The notes beneath the pieces were generated by a model, which was given only the letters and a program-made list of their open reading frames with translations, did not search any database and was not told where the DNA came from. A stretch of 64,000 nucleotides of DNA from the NCBI RefSeq assembly GCF_020745735.1, contig NC_083429.1, positions 44,001,877 to 44,065,876 of the forward strand, read 5' to 3'. The stretch's first letter is position 1. Every line of letters starts with the position of its first letter. Below, in pieces: positions 61,820 to 64,000 of this stretch. Both the position numbers and the translations under genes were made by a program. The stretch comes from Hemiscyllium ocellatum (taxonomy: Eukaryota).

Positions 61820-64000
61820 CACACCCTCAGCAGGGGCCTCACCTTCATTCCCCTACGCCCTCGGATTAATGGGTTCAACACGCAGCGAGATATTGAACAA
61901 TTCTTCCGCCGCCTTCGCATCCGCGCCTACTTTTTCAACCAAAACTCCCGCCCACCCTGTGACGACCCCTTCTCCCGCCTCCAACACACCCCATCAACCT
62001 GGACACCCCGTGCTGGCCTCTTACCCGCCCTTGATCTATTTATAGCCAACTGCCACCGTGACATTAACTGACTCAATCTGTCCACCCCTCTTACCCACTC
62101 CAACCTCTCACCCTCAGAACGTGCAGCCCTCCACTCTCTCTGCTCCAACCCCAACCTCACCATCAAACCGGCAGACAAGGGAGTCGCGGTAGTAGTTTGG
62201 CGCACCGACCTTTATACCACTGAGGCCAAACGCCAGCTCGCGGACACCTCCTCCTACTGCCCCCTTGACCATGACCCCACCTCCCACCACCAAACCATCA
62301 TCTCCCAGACCATCCATAACCTCATCACCTCAGGGGATCTCCCATCCACCGCCTCCAACCTCATAGCCCCCCAACCCCGCACCGCCCGTTTCTACCTCCT
62401 GCCCAAAATCCACAAACCTGACTGCTCCGGCCGACCCATTGTCTCAGCCTGCTCCTGCCCCACCGAACTCATCTCCGCATACCTCGACACGGTTCTGTCC
62501 CCCTTAGTCCAAGAACTCCCCACCTACGTTCGGGACACCACCCACGCCCTCCACCTCCTCCATGATTTTCGCTTCCCCGGTCCTCAACGCCTTATCTTCA
62601 CGACGGACATCCAGTCCCTGTACACCTCCATCCCCCATCACGAAGGACTCAAAGCCCTCCGCTTCTTCCTTTCCCGCCGTACCAACCAGTCCCCTTCCAC
62701 TGACACCCTCCTTCGACTGACTGAACTGGTCCTCACCCTGAACAACTTCTCCCACTTCCTCCAAACTAAAGGAGTTGCCATGGGCACCCGCATGGGCCCC
62801 AGCTATGCCTGTCTCTTCGTAGGATATGTGGAACAGTCCATCTTCCACAACTACACTGGCACCACCCCCCACCTTTTCCTCCGCTACATCGATGACTGTA
62901 TCGGCGCTGCCTCGTGCTCCCACGAGGAGGTTGAACAGTTCATCAACTTTACCAACACCTTCCATCCCGACCTCAAATTCACCTGGACCGTCTCAGACTC
63001 CTCCCTCCCCTTCCTAGACCTTTCCATTTCTATCTCGTGCGACCGAATCAACACAGACATCTACTATAAACCGACTGACTCCCACAGCTACCTGGACTAC
63101 ACCTCCTCCCACCCTGCCCCCTGTAAAAACGCCATCCCGTATTCCCAATTCCTTCGTCTCCGCCGCATCTGCTCCCAGGAGGACCAGTTCCAATACCGTA
63201 CAGCCCAGATGGCCTCCTTCTTCAAAGACCGCAGATTCCCCCCAGACGTGATCGACGATGCCCTCCACCGCATCTCCTCCACTTCCCGCTCCTCCGCCCT
63301 TGAGCCCCGCCCCTCCAACCGCCACCAGGACAGAACCCCACTGGTTCTCACCTACCACCCCATCAACCTCCGTATACAGCGTATCATCCGCCGTCATTTC
63401 CGCCAACTCCAAACGGACCCCACCACCAGGGATATATTTCCCTCCCCTCCCCTATCAGCGTTCCGCAAAGACCACTCCCTTCGTGACTCCCTCGTCAGGT
63501 CCACACCCCCCACCAACCCAACCTCCAATCCCGGCACCTTTTCCTGCAACCGCAGGTAATGCAAAACTTGCGCCCACACCTCCTCCCTTACTTCTCTCCA
63601 AGACCCCAAGGGATCCTTCCATATCCGCCACAAATTCACCTGCACCTCCACACACATCATCTATTGCATCCGCTGCACCCGATGTGGCCTCCTCTATATT
63701 GGGGAGACGGGCCGCCTACTTGCGGAACGCTTCAGGGAACACCTCTGGGACACCCAGACCAACCATCCCAACCACCCCGTGGCTCAACACCTTAACTCTC
63801 CCTCCCACTCCACCAAGGACATGCAGGTCCTTGGACTCCTCCATCGCCAGAACATAACAACACGACGGTTGGAGGAAGAGCGCCTCATCTTCCGCCTGGG
63901 AACCCTCCAACCACAAGGGATGAACTCCGATTTCTCCAGTTTCCTCATTTCCCCTCCCCCCCACCTTGTCTCAGTCGATTCCCTCGAACTCAGCACCGCC
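61820..64000 (+). pseudogene. PLE RT/GIY-YIG ORF, right arm, with stops
   Basis: GLTFIP...RDIN*LNL...KPADKG...RYIDD...CNRR*CKTC...YIGETGR. Confidence 0.88.

Larger units (their letters stand above)
59606..64000. mobile_element. Large Penelope-like (Neptune-type) insertion: two inverted, 5'-truncated copies, continuing past the window end
   Basis: Left arm 59606-61707 (-) mirrors right arm 62188-64000 (+); RT (KPADKG, GVAMGTRMGP, RYIDD, LPFLD), Cys linker, GIY-YIG (IIYCIRC...YIGETGR). Confidence 0.95.

Noticed and set aside
60038-63996. Many mirror-image ORFs in alternative frames
   Set aside because: Shadow frames of the C-rich PLE RT, doubled by the inversion

Overview
Cartilaginous-fish (shark-like) genomic DNA, judged from HE1-type SINEs and CR1 LINEs. 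It carries the conserved vertebrate block HSPB2(-) / CRYAB(+) / CFAP68=C11orf1(-) / FDXACB1(+) / ALG9(+, first three exons only). All exons were resolved by hand with GT-AG boundaries and consistent phases. The rest is dense retroelement sequence: tRNA-derived SINEs, CR1 and Tx1 LINE fragments, and at least three Penelope-like element (PLE) families. The most striking non-genic signal is the PLE set. Each family has its own minimal hammerhead ribozyme with a covarying stem II. Most insertions, from about 140 bp to over 4 kb, share one architecture: two 3' ends pointing outward, one end about 33-45 nt longer, and a 9-17 bp target-site duplication. Gene-level oddities include a ~110-aa Pro/Cys-rich tail on CFAP68 with an RFX X-box just upstream, and a perfect heat-shock element at the CRYAB TATA box. 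Gene identities come from recalled homologous protein sequences, not a database search. Repeat boundaries are approximate unless a TSD is given.
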